Shown: piece by piece, positions 20,089-29,589 of the stretch
Position numbering within the stretch: position 1 is the stretch's first letter
Layout of the letters: each line of letters begins with the position of its first letter
Virus record (IMG/VR): IMGVR_UViG_3300020416_001284
Span: 6,796-70,795 of that record
DNA from: a virus
Length of the DNA stretch: 64,000 bases
Reading direction: 5' to 3' (one strand)
The notes under the pieces: model-generated
Seen by the model: the letters and a program-made list of their open reading frames with translations, nothing else
Database searches by the model: none
Told to the model about the DNA's origin: nothing
Position numbers and translations under genes: made by a program

Positions 20089-20786
20089 TATACTTTATAG
20101 GATCCTTTGAACCTATTTATCCCCAAAACCTCCTCACATTTATCATAGAAGTAAACATTATATATCTGTTCACGAGCAGAGAATAAATGATAAAACATCT
20201 CCACTCCTAAATGATTTGAATATGTAGTACCGATACCCCATTCTCCACGACCCTTCCCAAGATCCCAGACTCCCTGTTTAGGCCTACGTTGGAAGTGAGT
20301 TGGTGGATACATCTCAACTTCTAGTCCTCTTTCTTGTGCTGCATAGGTGTAATATCCACAACAATCAGCCTTCCTATGATCAGGTTTAACACTCAATCTT
20401 CCAAAGTCCTCATACATCTGACGAGTCAAGCAAAATGCTGATGGTGCAACATAATTGTGCTCATCATTATCCAGATGCATTCCTCTCTGCACATTACCAA
20501 TTAACTTTCCTTTCTCTGCTTGCTCAAATGTATATTCAAGTGCATAAGCATTTAAAGGAATACAATCAACATCTAATAAAAGAACAGTATCATATTTCTG
20601 TTCTACAAATAACTGATTAAATCCATAGTCAACAGCATCAGGATGAATAACCTCCTCTCCATGTGTCTGAGAACATAATGGAAGAAAGTCTGCTGTTGTA
20701 TTAAACTTCTTAACTACCTCTGCCTGAAGTCTTACAATATCAGTATCAAGAGAAAGATTATAAAAGGTAAATATTGCTCTCTTCAT
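20088..20786 (-). CDS. Putative GT-A glycosyltransferase-like protein
   Basis: VLLLDVDCIPL (DxD), YVAPSAF, GIGTTY, YHLFSAR. Confidence 0.5.
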   Translation of the reverse strand: MKRAIFTFYNLSLDTDIVRLQAEVVKKFNTTADFLPLCSQTHGEEVIHPDAVDYGFNQLFVEQKYDTVLLLDVDCIPLNAYALEYTFEQAEKGKLIGNVQRGMHLDNDEHNYVAPSAFCLTRQMYEDFGRLSVKPDHRKADCCGYYTYAAQERGLEVEMYPPTHFQRRPKQGVWDLGKGRGEWGIGTTYSNHLGVEMFYHLFSAREQIYNVYFYDKCEEVLGINRFKGSYKV

Positions 20787-21403
20787 AAACCATCCCCTAC
20801 TTTTACATATAAGTTACCTGACACCACATACCTTGGTTCTTCTAAGGGTAATTGTCTACTTCGATGAACCAACCAACCAGGAAATATAATCCAAGTATTT
20901 TCCATAGGTAAGATCTCTTGCATTCGAGTTCCACGTGCCTCTGATTTTCTTGGATCATGAAACTCTGTACCTCCAGCAGTTCCATCACCAGGATCATGAA
21001 GATAATACACACCCGATAGAAATGAAGGGTTATGATCGTGCCAAGGGTTAGATTCTTTTTGATCTATACCTTTCCATCCTTTATATACCCATGCACCTGA
21101 ACCAGTAAACTCTAATGCATTTTGATTAGAACAAAAACCATCTACAGTCGCAAGATAATTCCTACATGCATTATAGAATTCTTCTCTTAACTTCAACCAG
21201 ACAGCAGGTGCATCATCTCGAAATAACATTACCCAAGTTTGATACTTAGGTGTTAAGTCATTATCAGTATACATCTTCTGCTCTATCATCCAGTCAGTGC
21301 AAGCCATCATCTCTTGCTTGTCCTGAGGTGTGATGGATGGACACTTACTCCTTACTATATGAGTAGGGAATAGATCATATTTCATAGTATCTACCATTCC
21401 CAA
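20783..21403 (-). CDS. 2OG-Fe(II) oxygenase (TIGR02466-like)
   Basis: WHDH, LSGVYYL, GGTEF, IIFPGWLVH, RYVVSGN. Confidence 0.8.
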   Translation of the reverse strand: MGMVDTMKYDLFPTHIVRSKCPSITPQDKQEMMACTDWMIEQKMYTDNDLTPKYQTWVMLFRDDAPAVWLKLREEFYNACRNYLATVDGFCSNQNALEFTGSGAWVYKGWKGIDQKESNPWHDHNPSFLSGVYYLHDPGDGTAGGTEFHDPRKSEARGTRMQEILPMENTWIIFPGWLVHRSRQLPLEEPRYVVSGNLYVKVGDGL

Positions 21404-22692
21404 TTCTCCATAATTTCATATAGTTTATCTATGGTCTTATCCCAACTATTATACTCCATTTGCTGCAATACTACAACGTTATCAGGATACCATCTCATAT
21501 CCTTAGTTTCCCATGTTATATATCCCATTAAAGGGGGAAGAACTATCACTCTTGCTCCCATTGCACCAGCTAAGTGAGCAACAGAAGTACAAGAAGTAAT
21601 AATTAAATCTGCCTCCTCAAAAATATCATAGGTATCATTCCATGTCTTAATACTTGGAGCAAGATCCCATACATTTGCATTCTTCGGTATATCACTATCT
21701 TCCATTTGTACTGAGAATAATTGCCCAAACTTATCAAGTCCTAACATCTTCTCTATTGGAATACTTCTAAACTGCTCATGTTCAAACTGAGCACTACCTT
21801 TCCAACGAATACAAATCTTCTTACGACCATTCGCAATCCGATTCATTTCTGGAACAGGATTTGCTCTCTTCTTAAAGTATGGAAAAGTCACACCCTCCAT
21901 AGGATCATTAAGTCCTAAGAAGTAAGGAGCTGACATTGCAGGAACATACTTATCCCACTGGGTCTTCGCTATCTGTTCTGGTTCATATAAATTCTCAAAC
22001 CCACATGAACCTAATAAAGGTATCAATTCTTTAGGAGAAAATATCTTAACTGTCTTACAGTATTTCTTAAGATGTTCTACATAACGAACAAATATCATTC
22101 CATCACCCAGACCTCCTTCCAGATAAAAAGCAATGGTATCTACTGTCTCACCATTCCATCTATACTGCTCACCTATATTATACTTACTCCGCAATATCCA
22201 CTCATGACCCCATACTCTTAATTCATCTATAGCACCTACACGAATATACTTATATCCTTCTTGAAACTTATCTTCTGCTAATAAATGCCATCCATAATTA
22301 AATGATGCTCTTACATTTGTATCTGCAATTGGTGCTAATAATTTCCTGGTTTGATTTAATTTACCTTGAGCTGTCATATACAACCCTAAGTCTACTATAT
22401 AACCCTCATTATTTTTCCACTTTTTAGGAAGAGATCTAAGAATGGCCTCTGCTTCTGGTGCTCTTTCTAAGTAATAAAGAATTTTTGCTTTATGAATAAG
22501 CACGGTTTCATTAGGAGTGACTTTCTCTACACACTCCAGTGCCTTACTATAATTCTTTTCTTCATGATGAATACCTGCCAAAAGGAACATTATTTGCTCA
22601 TCCTTTTCTCTTTTCAAATATGCAATAGCAAGTTCTCGTGCAGCAGGAAATTCCTTTGCATCAAAGAGTTCATTAATAAGTTGTGGAATCAT
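21391..22692 (-). CDS. TPR-repeat + GT9-like glycosyltransferase
   Basis: N-terminal helical TPR-like repeats; EGGLGDGMIFVRY, IRWKG, DLIITSCTSVAHLAGAMG, WYP. Confidence 0.75.
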   Translation of the reverse strand: MIPQLINELFDAKEFPAARELAIAYLKREKDEQIMFLLAGIHHEEKNYSKALECVEKVTPNETVLIHKAKILYYLERAPEAEAILRSLPKKWKNNEGYIVDLGLYMTAQGKLNQTRKLLAPIADTNVRASFNYGWHLLAEDKFQEGYKYIRVGAIDELRVWGHEWILRSKYNIGEQYRWNGETVDTIAFYLEGGLGDGMIFVRYVEHLKKYCKTVKIFSPKELIPLLGSCGFENLYEPEQIAKTQWDKYVPAMSAPYFLGLNDPMEGVTFPYFKKRANPVPEMNRIANGRKKICIRWKGSAQFEHEQFRSIPIEKMLGLDKFGQLFSVQMEDSDIPKNANVWDLAPSIKTWNDTYDIFEEADLIITSCTSVAHLAGAMGARVIVLPPLMGYITWETKDMRWYPDNVVVLQQMEYNSWDKTIDKLYEIMENWEW

Positions 22693-23249
22693 TTTTTCAA
22701 TCCAAGATTAGGTCTACCATCAAATACTCTATCCTTAAACTCTCCTTCTGCATCAACATAGTGCATAAAGAGTTGGTATTGCGTCTCCCCTTCAAACTTA
22801 TCTCTCCAATGTTCTAACTCGGTTCCATGATAGACCACCATATCTCCTACATCAAGAGGAACCTCATGACTCTTACCAGCATAATCTTTTATCCATATAG
22901 GCCATTGCTTCTCATAATCTCCACCTAAACATATAGTCACTGAGTATTGACACTCTGGTCTATCACTATGTCTTTCAAGTACAGAACCGTTCTTATAGAT
23001 TCTTGCATATGTATATTGGGGTATTAACCGTTTTCCTACTATTTTACCTATATCCTCGGTGGACATATACATTGCCATATCAAAGGCAGGATCTCCATAA
23101 AGACAATGAGAGTTAGGAGCTTGGTCATCTCCTCTTAAACTAGAATCATTCTGTGCTCTAAGAGTAAAGTAATTACGAAGAAATAGCGAAAAATAAGGAA
23201 CGACATATCCTTTAACTTTTTGGAATCCCTGATTTTGAAAAAGTGTCAT
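22689..23249 (-). CDS. 2OG-Fe(II) oxygenase (cyanophage type)
   Basis: YTYARIY..G..LERHSDRPECQYSVT, GDMVVYHG...EHWR, QLFMHYV; start likely MTLF. Confidence 0.8.
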   Translation of the reverse strand: MTLFQNQGFQKVKGYVVPYFSLFLRNYFTLRAQNDSSLRGDDQAPNSHCLYGDPAFDMAMYMSTEDIGKIVGKRLIPQYTYARIYKNGSVLERHSDRPECQYSVTICLGGDYEKQWPIWIKDYAGKSHEVPLDVGDMVVYHGTELEHWRDKFEGETQYQLFMHYVDAEGEFKDRVFDGRPNLGLKK

Positions 23250-23847
23250 AAATATTTTTCTGAGTGGCAACCCAACTTACTAATGTATATCTATGTCCCC
23301 ACGTAACTGGATGTACCTTATGTACAAAATCTTTATATGATGGGAATGCTATCATCATACCCTTTTTAGGTTTAATCGTCAACCCCAGTTCAGGAAATTC
23401 TAGTTCTCCCCCACCATACTGATCATTCAAATAGAAAAGAAAGGAAACATCTCGTTCCATCAGTGGTTCCCATTGACGAGTTTCATAATTAAATTTTTCT
23501 CCATCATTATGTGCTTTATAGTGACCACCTGGAGGATATCCTAAAAACTGAACGGGTTCATATGATTTAAATTCACACTTATATTTTGGCACTACATAAT
23601 TAACAAAACAAGCAGCAACAGCTTCTTCAAGTTTTTTCGACAATTCCTTGGTTATAGTATACCACAAAGTATTACGAACTTCTAAATCAGTCTGATTTTT
23701 ATCTTGATCATCTTCCCCCTCATTAATAATAGTTGCTTGAGAAATATTTTTTTTATCATTCGTAAGGAGCATTATCTCCTCAATATGTTCTTCAGGAATT
23801 ACATTCTGCTGTATAATAATCAAGTCATATGGATTGTGTAGTAGCAT
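23212..23847 (-). CDS. Prolyl-4-hydroxylase-like 2OG-Fe(II) oxygenase
   Basis: Y..GGHYKAHND, FYLND.Y.GGEL.F, FPS....H.V.PV..G.RY.LVSW. Confidence 0.85.
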   Translation of the reverse strand: MLLHNPYDLIIIQQNVIPEEHIEEIMLLTNDKKNISQATIINEGEDDQDKNQTDLEVRNTLWYTITKELSKKLEEAVAACFVNYVVPKYKCEFKSYEPVQFLGYPPGGHYKAHNDGEKFNYETRQWEPLMERDVSFLFYLNDQYGGGELEFPELGLTIKPKKGMMIAFPSYKDFVHKVHPVTWGHRYTLVSWVATQKNIYDTFSKSGIPKS

Positions 23848-23891
23848 AATAAAAAATGATTTAGTTGTTGATAGATGTATTTTATATAGTG

Positions 23892-25115
23892 TTAGAAGGA
23901 TTGTTTTCCCATAGTAACTTTAGCAGAAGTATCAGCCTCACTAACATAAGATATATCCCATTGACCAGGTATTTGAACTGGTGATGAACGATTTGTTTTA
24001 CTATTATCTCCAATCACACCCTGATAATTAGCTCCCCATCCCCACAGACTTCCATCAGTTTTAACGGCCATAACATTTCTTATGAATCCTCGAGCCTCAC
24101 TCCAATCTGTACCCGTTCCTACTTGAGTTGGTGACGAAATATTTTTACTAGGAGAACCTTCATTTTGTCCCATTTCTCCCTTTTCATTAGATCCCCATGT
24201 CCACAATGTTCCATCAGTTTTAACTGCCACAGTTGCTTGTAAAGCGATAGAATTTATTTTAGACCATGTAGTCTCAGTTCCTACTTGAGTTGGTGATGAA
24301 CGATAAGTTCTATCATTGTGTCCTATATTACCGAGATTATTATTTCCCCATGACCATAGACTTCCATCAGTCTTAATTGCATGAGCTCCTGTTGCACTAG
24401 CTCCACATATTATTGCCCAATTAGTATCAGTTCCTACTTGTTTAGGTGATGAATAACTTGTTTGATTATTATGTCCTAATATTCCATTACCTGAACCTCC
24501 CCACATCCATAGTGTTCCATCAGTTTTAATTGCTCCACTAGAATTATAACCAGTACTTAACGAACCAATACTCGTAGACCACGTAGTATCAGTTCCTACT
24601 TGTCTTGGTGATGATTCTCCACCAGAGGGCCATGATATCGTAGAATTAAGTCCCAGTTGTCCATCAGTATTAACTCCCCATGCCCATAGGGTTCCATTAG
24701 TTTTGACAGCCATTGTATTATATTCACCCCACACTGCATGAGCCCAATCAGTACCAGTACCTAGTTGAACTGGTGAGGAATACTTATCAGAACTTCCTGC
24801 AGGTCCAGGAGCAGACTCATTTAAACCCAACATTCCTTTGAAGTTTACTCCCCATGTCCAGAAGGTTCCATCCGTTTTAATTCCTCCCACCGCATATGCA
24901 CCACTTCCCATTCTACTCCAATCAGTACCAGGTATTTGAAGTGGTGATGAACGTCCTGGTGATGTATCATTTTGTGCTAAGTTTCCAACCTCATTATATC
25001 CCCAAACATAAAATTTATCTGGTAAACCAGTATAACTCCAAATACCTCCCTGATTTATTTTATTATAAACCTGGTCGAGTTCCCATACACCCTGTTCTTT
25101 ATCAGTGATAGCCAT
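23892..25115 (-). CDS. RCC1 beta-propeller protein (short paralogue 2)
   Basis: N-terminal GVWELDQVY, then RCC1 repeats. Confidence 0.85.
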   Translation of the reverse strand: MAITDKEQGVWELDQVYNKINQGGIWSYTGLPDKFYVWGYNEVGNLAQNDTSPGRSSPLQIPGTDWSRMGSGAYAVGGIKTDGTFWTWGVNFKGMLGLNESAPGPAGSSDKYSSPVQLGTGTDWAHAVWGEYNTMAVKTNGTLWAWGVNTDGQLGLNSTISWPSGGESSPRQVGTDTTWSTSIGSLSTGYNSSGAIKTDGTLWMWGGSGNGILGHNNQTSYSSPKQVGTDTNWAIICGASATGAHAIKTDGSLWSWGNNNLGNIGHNDRTYRSSPTQVGTETTWSKINSIALQATVAVKTDGTLWTWGSNEKGEMGQNEGSPSKNISSPTQVGTGTDWSEARGFIRNVMAVKTDGSLWGWGANYQGVIGDNSKTNRSSPVQIPGQWDISYVSEADTSAKVTMGKQSF

Positions 25116-25118
25116 AGT

Positions 25119-25823
25119 TTATCCAAATGCATAACGGGTTGTTAATCCATCTGGTTTATAAAATCCTACTTCTACATCCTCTGTTGCAGTTCCAATTCCT
25201 GTAGATCTGGTTCCAATTTTTTCATTAGTATGAATACCAGCATATGATGTAAGTGCTTTTGCCACAGTAGAAGTATCAATACCTGATATTATACCATCTA
25301 TTCTATCAGATAGCAACCCACGTATTCCAGCAATCTTTGCTTCTTTGGTAATATATGCCTCATGATTTGTCTTAATCTTATTGGCAAGAGTGCTTACAGT
25401 TGTTCCACGATAGAATGCTTCTGTGGTTAATCCTGCATTTGCTGTTGCACTACTTAAGAATGCTGTTGCGGCCTCATACTTATAACCTGATGCTGATGCA
25501 TAAACACTATCTGCATAGGTTCCTAATTCTGTTTTACGAAGATCTAATTCCATCTCATATACAAGAGTCTTCCATTCTCTTACAAATTCGTGAATCTTAC
25601 CCGTGATATCACTTATCCATTCTGCATCTGTGATCTCATGTATATGATTACTATCATCCGTACTTACACCATCATCGGCAGTTCCATAATAATATTGTCC
25701 CCACTCAAAAGTATGTACTAATCCACTAAGATTAGGATGAACCGCCCCATTAGTTGCTTTAGTAGTAGCTTCCGATACGCCCGTCACGGAATCTACTTTT
25801 ATCCATTTAATATTTTTGGCCAT
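25119..25823 (-). CDS. Hypothetical protein, possibly a fibre assembly chaperone
   Basis: 234-aa ORF between two RCC1 genes; YYGTADD motif and helical C-terminal half. Confidence 0.4.
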   Translation of the reverse strand: MAKNIKWIKVDSVTGVSEATTKATNGAVHPNLSGLVHTFEWGQYYYGTADDGVSTDDSNHIHEITDAEWISDITGKIHEFVREWKTLVYEMELDLRKTELGTYADSVYASASGYKYEAATAFLSSATANAGLTTEAFYRGTTVSTLANKIKTNHEAYITKEAKIAGIRGLLSDRIDGIISGIDTSTVAKALTSYAGIHTNEKIGTRSTGIGTATEDVEVGFYKPDGLTTRYAFG

Positions 25824-25845
25824 GGTCGCTCGATTACTTTTCTTT

Positions 25846-25853
25846 TATTTATA
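25846..25853 (-). promoter_or_regulatory. T4 late promoter TATAAATA
   Basis: Perfect consensus overlapping the upstream stop codon. Confidence 0.65.
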
Positions 25854-27060
25854 ACTGTGATGGAGTAAGAAGTGGTTTCAGAATATAAGATACTCGGTCA
25901 CAAACACAGACTTGATCGTTATTCAAACTAGAATAAGAAGTTAGTGTTCCTAATTGAGTTGGTGATGAAAGTTGGTGAACGGTGCTGCTGTTGTTGTTAT
26001 GGTCTAATGATCCATAATTTCCATTACCCCAGTTCCATATTGTTCCATCAGTTTTACTGGCCCAAAACTTCCGTCCAGGATCACTATAAGTACCCCAGAC
26101 ATGCTTCCAATCAGTCCCAGTTCCCATTTGTCTTGGTGATGAATAATCGCTTGTATCATTTTGACCTAATTCTCCTTGTTCATTACCTCCCCATGACCAC
26201 ATTGTTCCATCAGTTTTGACTGCTACCACACCAGATTCATCTGATGAACTTGAACCTGCTACATCTGACCAAGTAGTATCAGTTCCTACTTGTTTGGGTG
26301 ATGAATAATTTGTTTTATTATTAAGTCCTAATTCTCCTACCTCATTATTTCCCCATGTCCACAGTGTTCCATCAGTTTTAAGTGATAACATAGTTGAACC
26401 AGACACAACAATCTTTGACCAAGTAGTATTAGTTCCTACTTGTTTTGGTGATGAATATTGTGTGTTGCTATTATGTCCTAATCTACCACCACCACCACTT
26501 CCCCATGTCCACAATGTTCCATCACTTTTAATAGCCCCAACACTGTAACCTGCAGATATCTTACTAGTCCAAGTAGTATTAGTTCCTACTTGTCTTGGTG
26601 ATGAATAATGTGTGTTGTTATTCTGTCCTAATGCTCCAGCAGAATTTCTTCCCCACATCCATAGTGTTCCATCAGTTTTGACGGCCATTGACGTATAATT
26701 TTTACTTTTAACCGTATCCCACGTAGTATCAGTTCCTACTTGAGTTGGTGATGAATAATTTGTTCCATTGTTTTGTCCTAAGGGTCCATAACTTTGATTA
26801 TATCCAGCTACCCATAATGTTCCATCGTCTCTGGTTCCCAGAAAAGACTCCTTTCCAGTATCAATACTTCTCCACCCCGTCGCTAATGTACCGCCAAGTT
26901 GAGTTGGTGATGAACGTGATGCACCATCACCATTTTCATTATTCAAGATCTCACCATAATTACCCTGACCCATTGCCTGAAGATAAAAAGCTTGCTCCCA
27001 TAAACTCTGGAGCTGCTTATCCCTTACCTGTTGTAAACCCCATACACCTTTTCTAGTCAT
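25849..27060 (-). CDS. RCC1 beta-propeller protein (short paralogue 3)
   Basis: N-terminal KGVWGLQQVRD, then RCC1 repeats with an exact 150-bp period in the middle. Confidence 0.85.
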   Translation of the reverse strand: MTRKGVWGLQQVRDKQLQSLWEQAFYLQAMGQGNYGEILNNENGDGASRSSPTQLGGTLATGWRSIDTGKESFLGTRDDGTLWVAGYNQSYGPLGQNNGTNYSSPTQVGTDTTWDTVKSKNYTSMAVKTDGTLWMWGRNSAGALGQNNNTHYSSPRQVGTNTTWTSKISAGYSVGAIKSDGTLWTWGSGGGGRLGHNSNTQYSSPKQVGTNTTWSKIVVSGSTMLSLKTDGTLWTWGNNEVGELGLNNKTNYSSPKQVGTDTTWSDVAGSSSSDESGVVAVKTDGTMWSWGGNEQGELGQNDTSDYSSPRQMGTGTDWKHVWGTYSDPGRKFWASKTDGTIWNWGNGNYGSLDHNNNSSTVHQLSSPTQLGTLTSYSSLNNDQVCVCDRVSYILKPLLTPSQL

Positions 27061-27072
27061 AAATCAATCCTC

Positions 27073-29553
27073 CTAAGATGTAATCTGCTTACCAGATGCA
27101 GTGATTTCTAATCTATCTGCTTGGTTGGCATATCCTCGTAACTTATAACCTGATGCAAGATACTTAGGTTTCTCACAGAGTTCAACAGTAGACTCAGCAG
27201 GAATAACCATATCATAACAGAGATATGATTGAATATTATTACTTCCATCTGTCCATGCAACTCTTGCTTTTACATCATTGGATCCATCATCATTCGCAAG
27301 AAGAATGCTTTGAACAACAGAAGGATTAGAAGTAGAAGTATAGATATCAGTCATGGTAGAACCAGAGGTAATATCAACCTGTGCATCCCAGAAATCTGTA
27401 TCCTCTTTATATTCTATGATAATTGTTGCTTCTAATGCAGACGCTGTATCGGACTGCAATTCGATTGTTTCACTTGGACCAAGAACCTTAGGTTGCTTAA
27501 GTAATTCAACAGCTGAACCTGCAGGAACTGGTATATTATGTGCAATGGAGAAACTTGATTGTATCTCACCACTGATTGATGCTTCAGAACCACTGATATT
27601 ACATATGTGAATAGAGTGAACAATCGTTCTGTGATCAGTACTTGCATTTGCAGTCAATGCAGTTGCCATTGAGGTAGTAACATCATACTGAGTTGCACCA
27701 CTGATACTAGTATTAAACTCACCAGATCCACCAGCAGCAATACCAGTTATTAAACTACCATCACCAACAAATGATGTAGCAGTACAAACTCCTGTTACTA
27801 CAACACCACCGTAAGCCGTCTCAAAGGTTTTTGAATTATCACAGTAGAGAGCAACATTTCCATTACCTGCAGCAACTATACTATTTTCCCAAGAACCTGA
27901 AGCATAATTTTGAATATTTAAATTTCCATCAGCTCGAGCTTGGAAACTCCAATAATCTGCATTATCATCTCCATCATCAGCTAAAAGTCGTAACTCTCCT
28001 TGTTGACCTTCACCTCCAATAACACTTAACCTTGCAGCACTTGTACCATTAGTAATGTTGACACCTGCTGAGACTGTTTTTAAAACTTCAGTATTATCAT
28101 TATAGAGCGATACAGCTCCGTCAGCAACTGCTTTTATCATGTCTTCACTACCACCAGCATTCATTAAATTAAGTTCGCTGGTCTGAATTATTAAATGACC
28201 TGTGCCAGAATCTACTATTCTTGAATGTTCTGAATCATGATATAGTTGTAAATCTGATCCAGCCCCGATAGCAAGTTTAGTTAGATCTTGAAAGAGTAAT
28301 TTATCATTTGATGCATCCCAAGTAATAGAAGTAACACCTGCCTGAGATCCTATAATATTAATATCATTTCTCAATGTAGTCATTCCCACTACATCCAGTG
28401 ATCCTGAGTTAGCAGTTCCTAATGAAGTAACACCAGAAACATTCACATTACTTGTAAAGGTTGCTGAAGTTCCAGTGTTAATATTATCTGTAGACGCAAC
28501 ACCAGTTAGTCCTGAACCATTACCAGTGATAATACCAGTTACTGATATACCATTAGGATTAACCACTAAGGATGCTGTTCCACCAGCCACTACTCCTACA
28601 TGATCAGTAGATGGGAAGTAGAGACCAGTGTTTGGATCACCTGTATAGTAAATACTTGCCTGAGAAGTAGTACCTCCTGTATATCCAATTGCACCAAAAG
28701 CATTATCTCCATACTTACTTACAAACTTACCACCCATATTAAATGGTGCAGCATCTACCCAGACTGCAGTATTTCCTATTCCTAAAGTCTCTTCATCAAA
28801 CCATACAAAAGTTCTACCATATTCCGTACTATACCATAAATCACCATTACTAGGAGATGACGGTGCTTCACTACTAATACTTACACTTCCGCTTCCACCA
28901 CCACCACCAGAAATAGAAATATCTATCGTAGTTCCATCGGTTTTAAATGTATTTCCTGCACCAATAAAATTAAGGGTAGTGAATCCATAACCAACTATCC
29001 CCTGTGTACTACCAATACCAATTCCCCCACCAGTATTGAGAAGATTTACACCATCACCATAATAAGTGACCATCCCAACGGCCGCTCCAATAGTTGCTCC
29101 AACACCTGAAGCATCTTTGGTGAAGATAACATTGGCAATTGTACCAATACCACTATAGTTTATATTAGTACCTTGAGCATTAGTAATAATACCAACTGGC
29201 ATATTACCTGTACCAACTACCTGTAAACTACCAGTACTCGTAACACCACTGACATTCAGTTCATCTAACGTACCTAGAGTAATTCCAGTAGATACACCCG
29301 TTATGACTAAATTAGTAGCTTGTAACGATACTGCATCAACAGTTGTTATTATTCCTGTCGTACTCCTCAGAGTAACAATCGTACCTACACCGCTTGCATT
29401 TATATCAGTTACCGCAATTCCACCCTTAACATCCAGTTCAGTCGCAGGAATTGTACTTCCTATACCTACTTTATTAGTGGACGCATCAGCAAAAATAAGA
29501 TCGGTATCTACTTCGAGTCCGTTCTTTACTACAAAATTCTTATTTACAGCCAT
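27073..29553 (-). CDS. Tail fibre protein with tandem C-terminal domains
   Basis: MAVNKNFVVKNGLEV, VGIGST.P, PSNGDLWY, GSDLQLYHD modules, duplicated VP..S.VEL...PK.L domain. Confidence 0.75.
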   Translation of the reverse strand: MAVNKNFVVKNGLEVDTDLIFADASTNKVGIGSTIPATELDVKGGIAVTDINASGVGTIVTLRSTTGIITTVDAVSLQATNLVITGVSTGITLGTLDELNVSGVTSTGSLQVVGTGNMPVGIITNAQGTNINYSGIGTIANVIFTKDASGVGATIGAAVGMVTYYGDGVNLLNTGGGIGIGSTQGIVGYGFTTLNFIGAGNTFKTDGTTIDISISGGGGGSGSVSISSEAPSSPSNGDLWYSTEYGRTFVWFDEETLGIGNTAVWVDAAPFNMGGKFVSKYGDNAFGAIGYTGGTTSQASIYYTGDPNTGLYFPSTDHVGVVAGGTASLVVNPNGISVTGIITGNGSGLTGVASTDNINTGTSATFTSNVNVSGVTSLGTANSGSLDVVGMTTLRNDINIIGSQAGVTSITWDASNDKLLFQDLTKLAIGAGSDLQLYHDSEHSRIVDSGTGHLIIQTSELNLMNAGGSEDMIKAVADGAVSLYNDNTEVLKTVSAGVNITNGTSAARLSVIGGEGQQGELRLLADDGDDNADYWSFQARADGNLNIQNYASGSWENSIVAAGNGNVALYCDNSKTFETAYGGVVVTGVCTATSFVGDGSLITGIAAGGSGEFNTSISGATQYDVTTSMATALTANASTDHRTIVHSIHICNISGSEASISGEIQSSFSIAHNIPVPAGSAVELLKQPKVLGPSETIELQSDTASALEATIIIEYKEDTDFWDAQVDITSGSTMTDIYTSTSNPSVVQSILLANDDGSNDVKARVAWTDGSNNIQSYLCYDMVIPAESTVELCEKPKYLASGYKLRGYANQADRLEITASGKQITS

Positions 29554-29581
29554 TTGGGTTCACTCTCCCCCTATTTTTTAT

Positions 29582-29589
29582 TATTTATA
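29582..29589 (-). promoter_or_regulatory. T4 late promoter TATAAATA
   Basis: Perfect consensus followed by GGGGGAG and the ATG at 29553. Confidence 0.7.

Noticed and set aside
11193-23847. DNA hypermodification role for the 2OG oxygenase/GT genes
   Set aside because: Not favoured: the oxygenases do not look TET/JBP-like, there are no neighbouring methylases or nucleotide enzymes, and the context is fibre genes. Not formally excluded.
25900-26920. CRISPR-like regularly spaced repeats
   Set aside because: Repeats are degenerate, have a 150-bp period and lie within an intact ORF. The 62044 nuclease is a standard T4-like exonuclease, not a cas gene.
1012-27060. Diversity-generating retroelement acting on the RCC1 genes
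   Set aside because: No reverse transcriptase in the window, and I saw no template/variable repeat pair differing only at adenines; all repeats are in-frame coding blades.
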